This document shows positions 62,575 to 64,000 of a stretch of 64,000 bases of DNA, one piece after another (the first letter of the stretch is position 1; every line of letters begins with the position of its first letter). The position numbers and the translations under genes are program-made. The DNA is from an uncultured Leptospirales bacterium (GTDB taxonomy: Bacteria > Spirochaetota > UBA4802 > JAKQUI01). Below the pieces are notes generated by a model. The model was not told where the DNA came from. It saw only the letters and a program-made list of their open reading frames with translations, and searched no databases. Location of the stretch: positions 1 to 64,000 of the forward strand of contig CAZZCF010000007.1 of the NCBI GenBank assembly GCA_964652955.1, in the 5' to 3' direction.

Positions 62575-62808
62575 AGCGGCTCCTCCTATTTGTCTTCTCC
62601 CTTTATGCGTATTGTATCACGAAATCCCCGCGGTGATTTATCAAGCACGTTATGCGGTAGAGGGGGTGCAGGAAAGTTTTGAGGTAATTTCCCAATTCTC
62701 TTGTCCTGTTAATCCTGTCTGATCTTTTTGACCTTATTCCGATCAAAGAGTATTATTATCGTTGTTGCAGGCCGAACCTCTTTGAAGGAGCAGGGAAGCG
62801 GAGCCGGT

Positions 62809-64000
62809 TCATTTTTCCGCGGTGCCGGTTGCAAGGCCGAAATATCGCTTCGCATTGCCGTAGCAGATATCGGCTATCATCTCTCCGATGAGATCTCTGT
62901 CGTCGGGCAGGAGCCCCCTCTCCATATCGTTCCCGAGGAGGTTGCAGAGTATCCGTCGAAAGTACTCGTGCCGTGAATAGGAGAGGAAGCTCCGCGAATC
63001 GGTCGTCATGCCGATGAAGCGGGAGAGGAGCCCCATGTTCGAAAGGGCATTGAGCTGCTGCTCTATTCCCTCCTTCTGATCGAGGAACCACCAGGCGCTT
63101 CCGAACTGCATTTTGCCCGGCGTCCGCCCGTCCTGAAAATTCCCGATCATCGTGGCAATGACCTCGTTATCAGCAGGGTGTATCGGGTACAGTATGGTCT
63201 TGGCAAGCTGATCGGTCCGGTCGAGCCTATCGAGAAATGTTGCGAGGGGTCCGGCGAGGTCGCCATCTCCGATCGAATCGAAGCCGGTGTCCGGTCCCAG
63301 TTTTCGGTAGGCGCGGCTGTTCGCGTTTCTGAGCGCCCCGATGTGATACTGCTGTACCCATCCCCGGGCGTGATCCATGATACCGAAGAAATGGAGCATG
63401 AAGGACTTGAAGATGGCGCTGTCGTCTGTATCAACCGGTTTCCCGGCGCGCGCCCGTTTGAACGCTCGGGCCGCCCTGCGCTCGGTAAAGTTCTCGGCGT
63501 ATACCCGATCGATGCCGTGATCGGATATCCGGCAGCCCTGCTCGTGAAAGAAGCGGTGCCGCTCCTCGAGCGCGTCAAGGAAGTCGCCGAGGCGAGAAAT
63601 CTCCCTGTTGCAGACGGCGGCAAGCCTCTCTACCCATTCGTTGAAGGGCCCGGGAGTATCGATCCGCAGCGCGTTGTCAGGGCGCCATGCCGGGTACAAC
63701 CTCGTGCCCGTGCCGGCATGCATTCGATGATGCTCGAGAGTATCGGCCGGGTCGTCGGTGGTGCACACAACGGCGACCTTCATCTTGCGCAGCAGTGCCT
63801 GTGCGCTGAATTCATCTGTTTGGAGCATCTCATTGCACTGATCGTATATGCGCCGAGCGGATCGGGAATTGAGGAGCTCGTCGATGCCGAAGAAGCGCTT
63901 CAGCTCGAGATGCGTCCAGTGATAGAGGGGATTCCTGAGCGTGTGGGGAACCGTGCATGCCCAGGCGTTGAAGCGCTCCCAGTCCGGAACGGTGCCGGTA
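62809..64000 (-). CDS. uxaC: Glucuronate isomerase (uronate isomerase), 5'-partial. Continues beyond the window end.
   Basis: C-terminal 340 aa match UxaC (WVQQYHIGALRN, KMQFGSAWWF, DSRSFLSYSRHEYFRRIL). The frame stays open and UxaC-like (NPLYHWTHLEL) upstream to the window edge. Confidence 0.8.
   Translation of the reverse strand, partial: TGTVPDWERFNAWACTVPHTLRNPLYHWTHLELKRFFGIDELLNSRSARRIYDQCNEMLQTDEFSAQALLRKMKVAVVCTTDDPADTLEHHRMHAGTGTRLYPAWRPDNALRIDTPGPFNEWVERLAAVCNREISRLGDFLDALEERHRFFHEQGCRISDHGIDRVYAENFTERRAARAFKRARAGKPVDTDDSAIFKSFMLHFFGIMDHARGWVQQYHIGALRNANSRAYRKLGPDTGFDSIGDGDLAGPLATFLDRLDRTDQLAKTILYPIHPADNEVIATMIGNFQDGRTPGKMQFGSAWWFLDQKEGIEQQLNALSNMGLLSRFIGMTTDSRSFLSYSRHEYFRRILCNLLGNDMERGLLPDDRDLIGEMIADICYGNAKRYFGLATGTAEK

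Overview
High-GC bacterial chromosomal segment, probably from a metagenome-style assembly. Four parts. (1) 1-16 kb is a nitrogen-assimilation core: amtB, glnA, an SPFH/flotillin gene and a P-II gene on the minus strand, carB/carA on the minus strand, and gltB/gltD on the plus strand. (2) 16-27.4 kb holds an MCP, a PstS-like binding protein, a 7TMR-DISM sensor kinase, a hypothetical protein, a TRAP transporter (dctPQM) and a GPH-family symporter. (3) 27.6-56.4 kb is a very dense signal-transduction island. It starts with a 1300-aa REC-PAS-GAF-HisKA_3 hybrid kinase and a LuxR-type regulator. Next is a stressosome-like RsbR/RsbS/RsbT module with three RsbR paralogs (GAF-STAS, PAS-STAS, PAS-STAS), a truncated rsbS duplicate, and a GHKL-kinase/PP2C-phosphatase fusion. 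Instead of a sigma-factor partner-switch set, the module is followed by a soluble histidine kinase, a frameshifted cheD and a 900-aa PAS-GAF kinase. Beyond that lies a chain of receiver-first proteins: REC-PAS-HD-GYP twice, REC-PAS-kinases, REC-only proteins, a REC-STAS fusion, a degenerate HD-GYP, a pseudo-receiver-EAL protein and a kinase remnant. (4) 56.6-64 kb is a glucuronide/uronate sugar cluster: a GH2 hydrolase, hypotheticals, a second GPH symporter and a partial uxaC. No rRNA, tRNA, CRISPR, transposase or integrase was recognised. The most interesting candidate system is the stressosome module wired to two-component and c-di-GMP outputs, with internal duplications and pseudogene remnants indicating recent rearrangement. 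Domain calls rest on recognising motifs in the translated ORFs. They need HMM or BLAST confirmation.
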